Notes: generated by a model from the sequence alone, not told the origin. Shown: positions 38,970 to 49,281, counted from the first letter of the stretch. The stretch is 64,000 nucleotides of DNA from Desulfobacterales bacterium (GCA_963668645.2 CAXXWC010000001.1:96001-160000); one strand, 5' to 3'. Numbers and translations: made by a program.

Positions 38970-39968
38970 TCAACCTTCCTGCAATCTATCGATCAGTTCG
39001 GGGAGAATCTCACAGATATCGCCCACGATGCCGATGTCGCATACGTCGAAAATCGGAGCATCGGGATCGTTGTTAATCGCCACTACCATTCCCGCCTTGG
39101 CAAAGCCGGCGGCATAGTGATTGGCCCCGGACGCGCCGATGGTGATCATCAGCTTGGGGCTGATGATCTTTCCGTTTACCCCGATCATGTTGTTTTCGGG
39201 AATCCAGCCCTCATCGAGGGTGGGCCGGGTGCCGCCAAGCCCGGCACCCAATATTTTCGCCAATTGCGCCAGCGGCTTCATCCCGCCGAAGGCCTTCATG
39301 CCGTATCCGCCCGAAACGACGATATCCGAATCGTCGATTTGAATCCCCTCGGGCAGTTCTTCCACCATCTCCAGGGTCCGGGCCCTGAAGTCATTTTCAT
39401 CCAGATTCACATCCATGGTGATGATTTGGCCGGTGGCCTTGTCGGATTTTTGCGGCTTTTCCGCGACGCCGGGGCGCACCGTCGCCATCTGGGGCTTATG
39501 GGCCGGGCAGATGATATTCACGATCATTCCCCCGCCCCATCCGGGAACCGCCGCGATCAAACGGGGATTTTCCCCGCTCTTATCGATTTCAAGGCTGCAA
39601 CTGTGGGCGGTCAAACCGGTTTTGACCCTCGCGGCCACGCTGGGGGCCAGATCCATACCGACCACCGTGGCGCCCAGGAGCATGATTTCCGGTCTTTTTT
39701 CAGCCACCAGCTCGCTGATCAGCCGCGTATAGGCACCGCTTTGGTAATTGGCCAGGCGCGGATCACAAAACAGATAGACCTTTTGGGCGCCGTAGGCCGT
39801 CAGCTCCTCTGCAAGCGGGTACGCGTCGTCTCCGATCAAAACGGCAGTGGTGCTTGCGCCGATTTCGGCGGCCAATTCAGCGGCTTTGCCAAGGACTTGC
39901 AAAGAGACATCCAAAAGCCGGCCGTTTCGCTGTTCTGCCCAGATCCAAACCTCATTGTCCGTGCTCAT
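38970..39968 (-). CDS. etfA: Electron transfer flavoprotein alpha subunit
   Basis: HKPQMATVRPG, IVVSGGYG, GASGANH, AINNDPDAPIF. Confidence 0.93.
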   Translation of the reverse strand: MSTDNEVWIWAEQRNGRLLDVSLQVLGKAAELAAEIGASTTAVLIGDDAYPLAEELTAYGAQKVYLFCDPRLANYQSGAYTRLISELVAEKRPEIMLLGATVVGMDLAPSVAARVKTGLTAHSCSLEIDKSGENPRLIAAVPGWGGGMIVNIICPAHKPQMATVRPGVAEKPQKSDKATGQIITMDVNLDENDFRARTLEMVEELPEGIQIDDSDIVVSGGYGMKAFGGMKPLAQLAKILGAGLGGTRPTLDEGWIPENNMIGVNGKIISPKLMITIGASGANHYAAGFAKAGMVVAINNDPDAPIFDVCDIGIVGDICEILPELIDRLQEG

Positions 39969-39983
39969 CTTTGCTTGCCCCCT

Positions 39984-40787
39984 TTAGATCAACTCTGCTT
40001 CCTTGAGCTTTTCGACGGTCGTGTTCACCATTTCCTCGGGTGAGCCTTCCAGAATCAGCCGCTGGCGTTCCAGCTTCTGGACATAGACCTTGTCCACCCT
40101 TGTCGGCGAACCGGTAAGGCCGATATCCGTCTCATCGACTTCGATGTCTTTAAGGCTCCAGTTCTTGTAGACCTTGTCCATGAGGGTCAAAATCCCCTCG
40201 GCGGTCGCCTTCCTGGGCTCGTTGATTTCCCTTGCAACCGATACCAGGACCGGCAGCTTCGCCTCGATTTTCAGATATCCGTATTCGATGCCCTGTTTGG
40301 CGACCACGGCATTGTCTTCTTCATTAAAGACGAATTCTTTGACATTGCTGATATGGGGCCATCCGAGAAGTTCGGCGATCTGCGGCCCGACCTGCTGGGT
40401 GGCTCCGTCCGCCGACTCGTTTCCGCAAAAGATGATGTCTACAGACCCCAGCGCCTTGATACCAGCGGCCAGAACAGAGGCCGTGGCCAGTGAGTCGCCT
40501 GCGGCAAAGGCCCGGTCGCAGAGCAGTATCCCCTGGTCGGCCCCCAGGGTCATGGCCCACTCGAGGACCTCCTTGGCATGCGGCGGTCCCATGCTGATGG
40601 CCGTGATTTTTCCGGACACCTTGTCGCGCAGCTTCAATGCTTCTTCGATGGCGTTTTCGTCCATGGGATTTAAAATAGACGGCACCTTGTCACGCTGGAT
40701 CGCACCGGTTTCCGGGTCCAGCGTAATCTGCGAGAAATATTTCGGATTTGCCACCTGCTTGATACAAACAACGATATTGAGGGACAT
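39984..40787 (-). CDS. etfB: Electron transfer flavoprotein beta subunit
   Basis: VVCIKQV, NPMDENAIEEAL, SMGP, DRAFAAGDSLAT, QVGP, GLTGSPT. Confidence 0.93.
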   Translation of the reverse strand: MSLNIVVCIKQVANPKYFSQITLDPETGAIQRDKVPSILNPMDENAIEEALKLRDKVSGKITAISMGPPHAKEVLEWAMTLGADQGILLCDRAFAAGDSLATASVLAAGIKALGSVDIIFCGNESADGATQQVGPQIAELLGWPHISNVKEFVFNEEDNAVVAKQGIEYGYLKIEAKLPVLVSVAREINEPRKATAEGILTLMDKVYKNWSLKDIEVDETDIGLTGSPTRVDKVYVQKLERQRLILEGSPEEMVNTTVEKLKEAELI

Positions 40788-40823
40788 CTTCGCTTTCCTC
40801 CACTGTTTTACATATTGGCCCTT

Positions 40824-41945
40824 TTATGCATGCACCGGCTCCGTTTCGAAAAAATTCATCAGCAGATCCCACTTCATCTTGTCGAACCCGAACTGGATCA
40901 CGTGCATATTCTCATCCAACCGATTATCCACACTTTCAGGCAGATGATCTCGGGCGAAAATAAAAGTACCTTTTAAGGGATTTAAAATATCGTGAGCCAG
41001 GCGGATGCTTTCCATTTTGCGCACAACCCGCTCTTCTTCAGAATCAAGCTGATCCAGAAAAAACACCGCCACATCCGGGCGGCATAGTTTTTCACAATCG
41101 GCCACCAGGGATACGTCTTCGAGCTTGTCGCCGATATAAAGCAGCAGATCGGGCTTCAATTGCGCATATCCGTATTTTTCGAGCAAAGCGGAGATGACAA
41201 ACCATTGTCTCTTTTCACTGTGGTAGGAAGCCCGCCAGAGGGCTTTTCCCATTTCCGTGCGGAAGGCCACATACCGTTCCAATCTTTTGCTGCGGACAAT
41301 AAAGTCGGGGGCCAGCAGAATGTCTTTTCTGTCCACCTCGAACTGTAACGTATCCGTTTCGCGGGGAAACGGAACATTTGTCCGGACATCGTCACGGTGC
41401 TTGATAAGCTGTTTGGATGTGGGTTTGGGCAGCGGGACCTCGAAGATTTTCTCAGGATCGACGTACTCGACCAGGTTCAGGATGAACCACTTGACATAGC
41501 CCCTCTGATAAAAGTCGCGAAAAGACGCCTGAACCCTCTCCTGTGCCTCTTCCTCGAATTGTTCGATTTCAATTTTTCCCTGGAGCAGCTCGAACAGCGG
41601 ATCGAACAGATCCCTGACCGCCTGGTGCATCGGATCGGACAAAAACCGCTGAAGGGCGACGGGCATCATGACCGCCTTGAGCTGTAGCAGCTGGCGCAGC
41701 TGAGCTTCTATCTTTCCATATCGGGCACTGAGAAATTGGGCCTCATCGAGCCATCCGGAATAATGCTGGGCCAGAAACGCCCTTCTCACATCGTTGAATT
41801 TTCTGTAAAATTCATCTCTTACCGTCTCGTCAATACTGACGATGTTTTCCTCGATCTCCACCAGCGGCTGAGCGTCGACGAAAGCGCCCAAGGCCTCATA
41901 ACGGCTGCGCCATGAATTTGACAAAACGGTCTCTCCCCCTTGCAC
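40824..41945 (-). CDS. Hypothetical soluble protein
   Basis: 373-aa ORF co-oriented within the operon, AGGA RBS, no recognised motif. Confidence 0.75.
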   Translation of the reverse strand: MQGGETVLSNSWRSRYEALGAFVDAQPLVEIEENIVSIDETVRDEFYRKFNDVRRAFLAQHYSGWLDEAQFLSARYGKIEAQLRQLLQLKAVMMPVALQRFLSDPMHQAVRDLFDPLFELLQGKIEIEQFEEEAQERVQASFRDFYQRGYVKWFILNLVEYVDPEKIFEVPLPKPTSKQLIKHRDDVRTNVPFPRETDTLQFEVDRKDILLAPDFIVRSKRLERYVAFRTEMGKALWRASYHSEKRQWFVISALLEKYGYAQLKPDLLLYIGDKLEDVSLVADCEKLCRPDVAVFFLDQLDSEEERVVRKMESIRLAHDILNPLKGTFIFARDHLPESVDNRLDENMHVIQFGFDKMKWDLLMNFFETEPVHA

Positions 41946-42055
41946 ATGTTCCTGTGAATTGCGGCCGGATCCCTTTCTGCGGTCGCTATCTTCGCTATCT
42001 GCCGCAAATGGAATCCGGCCGCGGTTCAGCCTGCCCTATTTTCAGAGCGCGGCGA

Positions 42056-43027
42056 CTACTTGCATGCCAGCAGGGTCTGCTTTACCAGCCCTTTGGCGAT
42101 CTGGATTTTGTACTCATTCATGGCCAGTGGTTTGGCCCCCCAGATGGCGGCCTCACCGGTGGTCTGGGCCGTCTCTTCATCCAGCGGCTTGCCGACGAGG
42201 TATTTTGCCGCGCGCTGGGGCACATACGGCTTGTAGTGCACCGCGTTCAGGCAGATTTTCACATCCTCGACCGTATCCCCGTTCATCTTTACGGCGCTTG
42301 CGCAGTTGACGATGGGAAAGTCGATGGACTTGCGGATGGCGAATTTCTTCCAAGCGCTTTTCATGCCGGCAGCCGGGGCCGGGATCTGGAATTCGGTGAT
42401 GATCTCGTCATCTTCCAGGATGGTCATCCGCTTGCAGTCCTTTTCCGGGAACATGTCGGCTACAGCCAGGGTCCGCTTGGTGGTGACCGCCTTGGCGTCG
42501 AGCACGATCAAGGCCGGCAGCGTATCGCTGGGATTGACCGCCAGGCAGTCTTTGACATCGCCGAAAATGGAATGATACCGGTTGTCCCCGTCCGCAGCGA
42601 AGCATTCATCCCCGCCTTTGCGGGCGCAGGCGAACCGGTTGTTGGGGCACCGGTAATACCAGCACCTGGAATTCTGGCAGACGTTGCCGCCGATGGTGCC
42701 CATTTCACGGATATGCGGCGAGGCGGCATAGCGGGCGGCCATTCCCAGGGCCGTGTATTTTTCCCGGATCATGGCGTCGTGGCCGATATCTTCCAGCTTG
42801 ACCAGAGCGCCCAGTCTGAGCACGCCGTCCTCTTCCTTGATATCCTCCAGACCGGAAATGTTTTTGATATTGATCAGTGCCTTGTAGGGCGTCTGGAACA
42901 CGTTGTCCTTGTATAGCCCGATAATATCCGTGCCACCGGCGATGACCTTGGCCTTGCCTTCAAACTTGGCCAAAAGGGCTGTGGCCTCCTCTACCGTTGA
43001 AGCATCAAAATGCTGGAATCTGATCAT
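42056..43027 (-). CDS. Xanthine dehydrogenase-family FAD-binding subunit (PaoB/HcrB-type with Cys insert)
   Basis: IAGGTD, IREMGTIGGNVCQNSRCWYYR...CARKGGDEC...HSIFG. Confidence 0.92.
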   Translation of the reverse strand: MIRFQHFDASTVEEATALLAKFEGKAKVIAGGTDIIGLYKDNVFQTPYKALINIKNISGLEDIKEEDGVLRLGALVKLEDIGHDAMIREKYTALGMAARYAASPHIREMGTIGGNVCQNSRCWYYRCPNNRFACARKGGDECFAADGDNRYHSIFGDVKDCLAVNPSDTLPALIVLDAKAVTTKRTLAVADMFPEKDCKRMTILEDDEIITEFQIPAPAAGMKSAWKKFAIRKSIDFPIVNCASAVKMNGDTVEDVKICLNAVHYKPYVPQRAAKYLVGKPLDEETAQTTGEAAIWGAKPLAMNEYKIQIAKGLVKQTLLACK

Positions 43028-43028
43028 T

Positions 43029-45512
43029 TTAGATGACCCCCTTCTCTTTGGCTTTGGCGATTGCTTTGATGACCTTGTCCGGTGTCATGGGATGATCGTC
43101 GACCCACTCACCGATGGCGTTGTGAATCGCATTTCCGATCACAAAGGGAACGACCGTGGCGCAATCTTCGCCGATGCCCACCAGACCGTAAGGCCCGTAG
43201 CCCAAGCCCGTCTCCACCAGGATGTTGTCCGTGGCTTTGATGTCTCTGAAAGTCCAGACCTTGTAATCGACCAGGTTGCCATTGAGCTTGACGCCGGTCT
43301 TGGGGTCATAGATCACTTCTTCGGCCATGCCTCTGCCGGCCCCCATGTAGGCGCCGCCGTACTGCTGGCCGTTGCAGGTTTCCGGGCTCAATGCCTTGCC
43401 CACATCGTTGACGTTGACAATCTTGACAATCTCGACTTCACCGGTGTCTGGATCGACTTCCACTTCCGCAAAATATCCCTGGCGGCAAAGCCGGTGACGG
43501 CCTTCCTCACAGCCGTAGCGGCCCTGGCGATGGTAGGCCCACTCGAACAGAGGTGCCCGGCTGCTGCTCTGGTTCAGGGTCGTGCGCTTGACCACCTCGG
43601 CCACCGGCACCCTGTTTTCCGGATCGGCCTTGACGAAGACGAAGCTGTCTTTGACGTCGAGGTCTTCGGGTTTGTGGTCCGGGAAAGCGGGCGGGTATTC
43701 GATTTCGATGAGCTTGATCGGGGTGGTGGCATACTCGAGCAACGTTTTTTTGGCCTTTCTGGCCATGTTGCAGCTCACGTAGGCGTCCGTGCACAGATTG
43801 CACGATCCGTCCGGGGTCATCATCTGGAAGCCCACATCCTCGAAAAAGCGCCAGTTGACGTCCTTGAGCTTCAGTCCCAGCTCTTCGGCGACGATCTCGC
43901 AGTTGGTGGTCATCGGGTTGACGCCGTCGTCGGATTTCTGGGACAAAATGTCCACCGTGCCGTCGCAGTGCATGATCAATCCCGCGCTGGCCGCACCCCG
44001 GTTGTCATCCCATTCGTGATCCCAGGTAAAGCCGATGCCGTGCAGTTTGCCGTTGGGAAGCACTTTTTTGCCCGGTTCATGCCATTTCTTGTCCCAATCG
44101 ATGGCGGCCTTTCCTTTTTCGATCACCTCGGCGAGGCTGTCGCGGTCCGGAAATCCGTGATCCTTCTTGAACTTGGAAAGGTACTGCATGTCCTTTCCGT
44201 CGGCACCGTCGTTTTTCAGGGCCACTTCGGTGGGATCCATCCCGATGGCATCGGCCACATGGGCGAACACGGCACTGAAGCAGAAACTGTTGTGGTTCTG
44301 CTCGCAGCGGAACCACCATGCCGGGGCCATGTTGGCCTGGGCCTCCACATAGTTGAGCAGGAGGTTGGGAATGCGGGTGTTGTCCTCGAAGTGGTCGATG
44401 CCGTACTGGCCCATTTTGGCGGTGATGTTGTCGATCTTGACCGCGGTGATGGTGCCGTCGTTTTTAAAGCCCACCTTGAAATGGGTGTTGGAGTCCGCAT
44501 CCTGGGACAGAGAATAGAAGTTGTCACGCCGGTTGTAGACGGTCTTGACCGGCCGGTTGGTCCGCTTTGACAGAATGGTGCTGACCACGTGCAGGCCGTG
44601 GGTATGGTGCATCATCGGGTTTCCACCGCCGCCGAAGTGGCAGCCCTGGTACGGCACGTGGAGCTTGATCTTGTTGAGCGGAATCCCGGTCACCGCACTG
44701 AGCAGGCATTTGCCGTCGTAGGCCTGCTGCTGGTGGGCCCAGATCTCCAGGTTGTCGCCTCTCCATAGAATAACATCGCTCATCGGCTCGGCGTCGGCCA
44801 CCGTATAGGGGCGCCGGCGGATGTCGAACTCGATGACCTTGTCGGCCTCCTTGAACCCCTTTTCCACATCGCCGTGTTCGATTCTGACCTTCCTGAGCAG
44901 GTTGGTGCTGTCGTTTATCTCCGGCGCCGCGGCCGGCGCACCCGGCTTGAGGGCCTCGATGGGATTGAGCACCACGTCCCGCTCCTCCCATTCGACCTTG
45001 ACCAGGCGGATGGCGTCCTCGGCGATCTGGAGCGTCTCGGCGGCGATGGCCACACCGGAATGGGCCCCTTCCCACCACGCGAAACCGTCAAGGACCCTTC
45101 CGCCGCCCTGGATCCACTGCTCCTGGGTAACGGCCAGCTCTTCCTTGCCCTTGTAAAAAGCCTGCCCGTCAAAGGGCATATGGCCGGCATTGAACTTGGT
45201 GTTGGTGCCCAGAAGCGCCTTGTCCTTCAATTCAGGGTCGTCGAAGCGCAAAATGGCGCGCACCCCGGGCAGCTTTTCCGCCTTGCTGGTATCCAGGCTC
45301 TTGATGACGGCGTTTGCATAGGGCGAGGTCATGATCTTGCAATAGAGCATCCCCGGCAGCTTCACGTCCCGGGTGTACTGTGCCGTCCCGCCGGCCTTTT
45401 CCCTTCCGTCCATTCGGGATATGCCGCGCTTTCCCAGATACTGGAATTCTTCCGGTATGTAGCGATCCCGAACCAGCGGCTCATATTCCATGATCTTTAG
45501 ATCTTCAGACAT
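43029..45512 (-). CDS. Xanthine dehydrogenase-family molybdopterin-binding subunit (divergent)
   Basis: KAGGTAQYTRD..LPGMLY, GCHFGGG, EVEVDPDTGEV, DVGKA, GIGE. Confidence 0.92.
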   Translation of the reverse strand: MSEDLKIMEYEPLVRDRYIPEEFQYLGKRGISRMDGREKAGGTAQYTRDVKLPGMLYCKIMTSPYANAVIKSLDTSKAEKLPGVRAILRFDDPELKDKALLGTNTKFNAGHMPFDGQAFYKGKEELAVTQEQWIQGGGRVLDGFAWWEGAHSGVAIAAETLQIAEDAIRLVKVEWEERDVVLNPIEALKPGAPAAAPEINDSTNLLRKVRIEHGDVEKGFKEADKVIEFDIRRRPYTVADAEPMSDVILWRGDNLEIWAHQQQAYDGKCLLSAVTGIPLNKIKLHVPYQGCHFGGGGNPMMHHTHGLHVVSTILSKRTNRPVKTVYNRRDNFYSLSQDADSNTHFKVGFKNDGTITAVKIDNITAKMGQYGIDHFEDNTRIPNLLLNYVEAQANMAPAWWFRCEQNHNSFCFSAVFAHVADAIGMDPTEVALKNDGADGKDMQYLSKFKKDHGFPDRDSLAEVIEKGKAAIDWDKKWHEPGKKVLPNGKLHGIGFTWDHEWDDNRGAASAGLIMHCDGTVDILSQKSDDGVNPMTTNCEIVAEELGLKLKDVNWRFFEDVGFQMMTPDGSCNLCTDAYVSCNMARKAKKTLLEYATTPIKLIEIEYPPAFPDHKPEDLDVKDSFVFVKADPENRVPVAEVVKRTTLNQSSSRAPLFEWAYHRQGRYGCEEGRHRLCRQGYFAEVEVDPDTGEVEIVKIVNVNDVGKALSPETCNGQQYGGAYMGAGRGMAEEVIYDPKTGVKLNGNLVDYKVWTFRDIKATDNILVETGLGYGPYGLVGIGEDCATVVPFVIGNAIHNAIGEWVDDHPMTPDKVIKAIAKAKEKGVI

Positions 45513-46013
45513 TTAGTCGCCCTCCTTGTCCATTAATTTCCTGGCAGCTTCCTGCACCGCGCCGATGTGCGCCGGATATGTGCCACAGCGGCAGATATTG
45601 CCTTCAAGAGCGGTAATGATCTCTTCTTCCGAGGGGTCCGGATTGCGGTCCAGCAGGGCCTTGGCCGTCACCACAAACCCCGGGGTGCAATAGCCGCACT
45701 GCATGGCGTGATTGTCCGCATAGGCCTGAACCAGGGGGTGTTCCGTGCTGTTGATCTCTTCGATGGTTTCAATCCGATGCCCGCCGCATTCGACGGCCAG
45801 CATCATGCAGGACAGAACCGGCCTGCCGTCCATGATCACGGTGCATGAGCCGCAGGCGCCCCGGTCGCACATCTCCTTGGTGCCTGTCAAACCGATCCTG
45901 TCCTGAAGCACTTCTCTGAGGGTCTCCTGTGGCTCAACCATCAACTGGTGCTCATCGCCGTTGATATTCAGCGTGACCAGCCTGGCGCCGCCTTGCTCTT
46001 CTGCGTTAGCCAT
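45513..46013 (-). CDS. Xanthine dehydrogenase-family [2Fe-2S] subunit
   Basis: GTKEMCDRGACGSCTV, QCGYCTPG, GNICRCG. Confidence 0.95.
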   Translation of the reverse strand: MANAEEQGGARLVTLNINGDEHQLMVEPQETLREVLQDRIGLTGTKEMCDRGACGSCTVIMDGRPVLSCMMLAVECGGHRIETIEEINSTEHPLVQAYADNHAMQCGYCTPGFVVTAKALLDRNPDPSEEEIITALEGNICRCGTYPAHIGAVQEAARKLMDKEGD

Positions 46014-46175
46014 AATGTGTTAACCTCCCTGCATCATGAATGAGTAAGTTCCGTCTCGCCGGAAAACAGACACCGTACCCGCATGCCTTTTCCGGCTCTG
46101 GCCGTTGCCGCAGGGTCAATGGATCGGGAAGATCCCCGCGTTACCGGCGGCCGCTATTCTGCCTGATTTGAGCTA

Positions 46176-46245
46176 ACTATACTGGGTTGAAAACAGGGGT
46201 GTAAATCGCGCGAATGGGGTAAAATCCATCCCTCGAAAGGGGGAT
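46176..46245 (-). promoter_or_regulatory. Tandem 18-bp operator plus -10 box for the Mo-hydroxylase operon
   Basis: Minus strand: ATCCCCCTTTCGAGGGAT (46245-46228), TTACCCCATTCGCGCGAT (46222-46205), TATAGT 23 nt downstream. Confidence 0.6.
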
Positions 46246-46338
46246 TTCAGGAGGTTTATCTATTTATTTTCATTTTGAAATAGAGCGTTTGACAGCGCAG
46301 CCGCCCCGGGCGAAACGGGTTCATCCCCCCGGGGCCTG

Positions 46339-46992
46339 TCAGCGGCGGTCGCGCAGATACTTTTTCTTGGCGATCTGGACGGCCTGGACGCGGTTGGTAA
46401 CGTTCAGTTTGCGGAAGATATGCTTGATGTGACTCTTTACGGTTTCACTGCTGATAAACAGGCTTTCGGCGATCTGTTTGTTCCCCTTGCCCTCTGCGAT
46501 AAACTCGAGCACTTCCCTTTCTCGCAGCGTCAGCAAGGCGTCGGGGCAAGCGTCGGTCTCTTCTTGTTCATCGGCAACCGACAAGTTGAGCAGGTAGGCG
46601 GAAAACACCAGCTTTTCCCGGCAGAAGCTATCGATGATATGCACCAGCTCATCCACTTCGATGCTCTTGAGCACATAACCGTCGGCGCCGGCCCCCATGC
46701 ATTCGCGAACGCAGGCATCATCATCGTGGTGCGATAAAACGAGAACCTTCAGGTCAGGCCGCGCCTTTCTAAGCATGCGAATGGCGCCGATTCCCGAAAG
46801 GCCCGGCATGTCGACATCGATCAGCGCGATATCGGGCTGTTCTTCCAGGATCTTTTCAACCGCCTCAAATCCGTTTTTAGCCTCACCGACGACCTCGATG
46901 CCCTCCCTCTCATTGAGGCTCATTTGCAAGCCGCGGCGAAAAAGCGGATGGTCATCGCAGATAAAGACCTTTGTTTTGGTTCCGCCCAGCAT
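46339..46992 (-). CDS. NarL/LuxR-family response regulator
   Basis: CDDHPLFR, DVDMPG, LTLREREVL...NKQIAESLFISSETVKSH. Confidence 0.95.
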   Translation of the reverse strand: MLGGTKTKVFICDDHPLFRRGLQMSLNEREGIEVVGEAKNGFEAVEKILEEQPDIALIDVDMPGLSGIGAIRMLRKARPDLKVLVLSHHDDDACVRECMGAGADGYVLKSIEVDELVHIIDSFCREKLVFSAYLLNLSVADEQEETDACPDALLTLREREVLEFIAEGKGNKQIAESLFISSETVKSHIKHIFRKLNVTNRVQAVQIAKKKYLRDRR

Positions 46993-47002
46993 CCTCTGCT
47001 CC

Positions 47003-48724
47003 TTAAAACTCCATACCGATCGCCTCGAAGCGGACTTTCACATCCGCCGGCAAAGCGAAATAAAAGCAACTGCCGCTTCCCTTGCCGGTCTTAGTCTTAT
47101 CCTGCACGACAGGCGATTTGACCCCGATACAGCCACGATGCGCCTCGACGGCCAGTTTGCAGAACGCAAGCCCAAGGCCGATGCCGCACCGGTTGTTTAC
47201 GTCCGAGTGGCGCAAGGTCGTAAACTTGTCGAAGATGGTCGTTTCAAATCCTCTTTCAATCCCCGGCCCCTGATCGCTGATCTGGGTTATGGCATATCGC
47301 TGATTCAGCGATGGCGGCGGTATTCGCACCCCTGGCTGATCCGGGCCGATCTGGCAGTCAAGCTCGCTGCCATCGATATACCGTGTTCTGATATCGATGG
47401 TACCGCCGTCCGGGCTGAAGTTCACTGCGTTGGCCAGCAGGTTTAGACAGATGCGGATCAGGCGCATCCGGTCTCCCATCACGTTCAGCTCCTCTTTTGG
47501 CGGATCGTATCGGATCGATACCTGCTTTTCTTCGGCGATCAACTCGATCTGTTTGACGCTCTCTCTGATAATGCTGCGTATGTCGAGAAGCTCCTTGCGA
47601 AGCCGCAGCTTTCCGTTTTCATGGCGGTAGATGTCCAGATAGTCCATCACCATGCTGGAAAGCTGGCTGCTGGTCTTCTCCGACAGCTTGATCAGTTCGC
47701 CTTGGCGTGCGTTGAGCGGTCCGAGCAATCCGCTTCCCAGCAACTGCAAAGCCTTGCGGATCGAAAATATCGGATTTCGCAGATCGTGGGTCATCATTCC
47801 GATCAAATCTTCTTTTAACGATTCGATCCTCTTTTCTTCTGACACGTCCCTTAGAACCGCCACATACGAGGAATTCTCGTCCCCATGCCCGTCTTTGTCG
47901 AATGACACGTGAGCGTCAATTTTTCGGTCGCCGTCACCTGCCAGGGTGATCGATGCCCGCCCGTGGCCATTTTGATCCACAAACTGAAGAATCTTGCGGT
48001 AGGCAGCAAGAGAGTCTTTGCCGGATATATATTCGGAAAAATCCTTACCGATGATCCGGTTTTTGCTGAATCCGATGGCGTTGGCAAAGGCATCGTTGAC
48101 CATCGAAATCTTTCCACCTGTGTCTATCGATATGATGCCGTCGCTGATCCGGTTGACGAGCCTGTCCAGATAGCGCTGGGATTGTTTGGAGGTCACGTAC
48201 TTATTCCAGGCCAGTTCGCTGATCGCCTTGGTCACCGTCTCCATGAAATCCACAATGGTATCCAGCCGCTCATGGCTGATAATCGGAACGCTTCGCAAGG
48301 CTTGAAAGTATTCGTCGATGTTCTCGATGCCGATGCTTTCGGCATGTTTTCTGGCTGCAGATTTATCGATGGGGCGGTTAAGGACCTGGCCACACATGAC
48401 GCTGGCGATATGATAGTTGCCGACAATGATCGGTGACGTACAGTCGACCAAACCGGCGTTGAGGCAGGTATAGCAAACGCGCCGTTTCAGCTTGGCCGAC
48501 ATCTCGGCCCCGTGGCGGTCGCTTTTGTAGCAAAGCTGTTTTCCTTTTTCCGTTGACCGGCAAAAATCGCTGCACAGCCGGGACCAGTTGTATTCTTGGC
48601 TGATCGGCCTGCCGTCGGGGCTCACGATAAAACTTGAAACTCCGGTGATTTTCGTAAAGCCGTGGAGGATCTCATCAAGGCGGTCTTTTTCCACCAACTC
48701 CAGAAGCTCATGATCACCATCCAT
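47003..48724 (-). CDS. Cytoplasmic PocR-PAS histidine kinase
   Basis: PocR domain (LCSDFCR..C..SD, YTCLNAGLVD, CGQV), PAS, H-box THDLRNP, N-box NLLANA, DQGPG, GLGLAFC. Confidence 0.92.
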   Translation of the reverse strand: MDGDHELLELVEKDRLDEILHGFTKITGVSSFIVSPDGRPISQEYNWSRLCSDFCRSTEKGKQLCYKSDRHGAEMSAKLKRRVCYTCLNAGLVDCTSPIIVGNYHIASVMCGQVLNRPIDKSAARKHAESIGIENIDEYFQALRSVPIISHERLDTIVDFMETVTKAISELAWNKYVTSKQSQRYLDRLVNRISDGIISIDTGGKISMVNDAFANAIGFSKNRIIGKDFSEYISGKDSLAAYRKILQFVDQNGHGRASITLAGDGDRKIDAHVSFDKDGHGDENSSYVAVLRDVSEEKRIESLKEDLIGMMTHDLRNPIFSIRKALQLLGSGLLGPLNARQGELIKLSEKTSSQLSSMVMDYLDIYRHENGKLRLRKELLDIRSIIRESVKQIELIAEEKQVSIRYDPPKEELNVMGDRMRLIRICLNLLANAVNFSPDGGTIDIRTRYIDGSELDCQIGPDQPGVRIPPPSLNQRYAITQISDQGPGIERGFETTIFDKFTTLRHSDVNNRCGIGLGLAFCKLAVEAHRGCIGVKSPVVQDKTKTGKGSGSCFYFALPADVKVRFEAIGMEF

Positions 48725-49281
48725 GCCAAGGCCTCCATTTCCCGTTGTGATTAGAGAAAAAAACCAGGGCCGGTAAGCCACCACCTTTGATGATTTCGGG
48801 AAAAATTGAACTTTACGATTCTTGCCTCCGTAATCAATTCGTATTACTCATTAGCAGATTGTAAGAATGCCATTAGCTTTTTTGCGAGCTTGGCGCTTTT
48901 CCAGCGCAAAGGCTCAAGTATCACCGTATCCATATATTTTCAAGTTCCGCTAATATTCCGGCCAAAGCGGTAATTCGTCCCGAAACCGGCACCTGCGCGC
49001 AAAACCTCGCATCTACTTCCACAGACCGGCAATCCCCCCCCCATAATTCCCCATTTTGGGGGACTCCAATTCCTGCCCCCGGGTGATTTCTCCGCCTGCC
49101 GGCAAGTGGGATAAAATAGTGCATCAACAGTGTGTTCGGAAAAGTGGCCACTGTTCGCCTGGCAGCGAATATTCTCAAGCGATCCAAGGAATTTGACGAT
49201 GGTTCTGTTTTTTTTTGACCCGCCTATTCTCATTTGGAATATTTCAAAGTGGACCATGTCCATCGATGAGGAAAGTGTCGC

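Noticed and set aside
38469..44570. Plus-strand ORFs 38469-40043, 41912-42916 and 42903-44570
   Set aside because: Antisense to etf and Mo-hydroxylase genes; no independent support.
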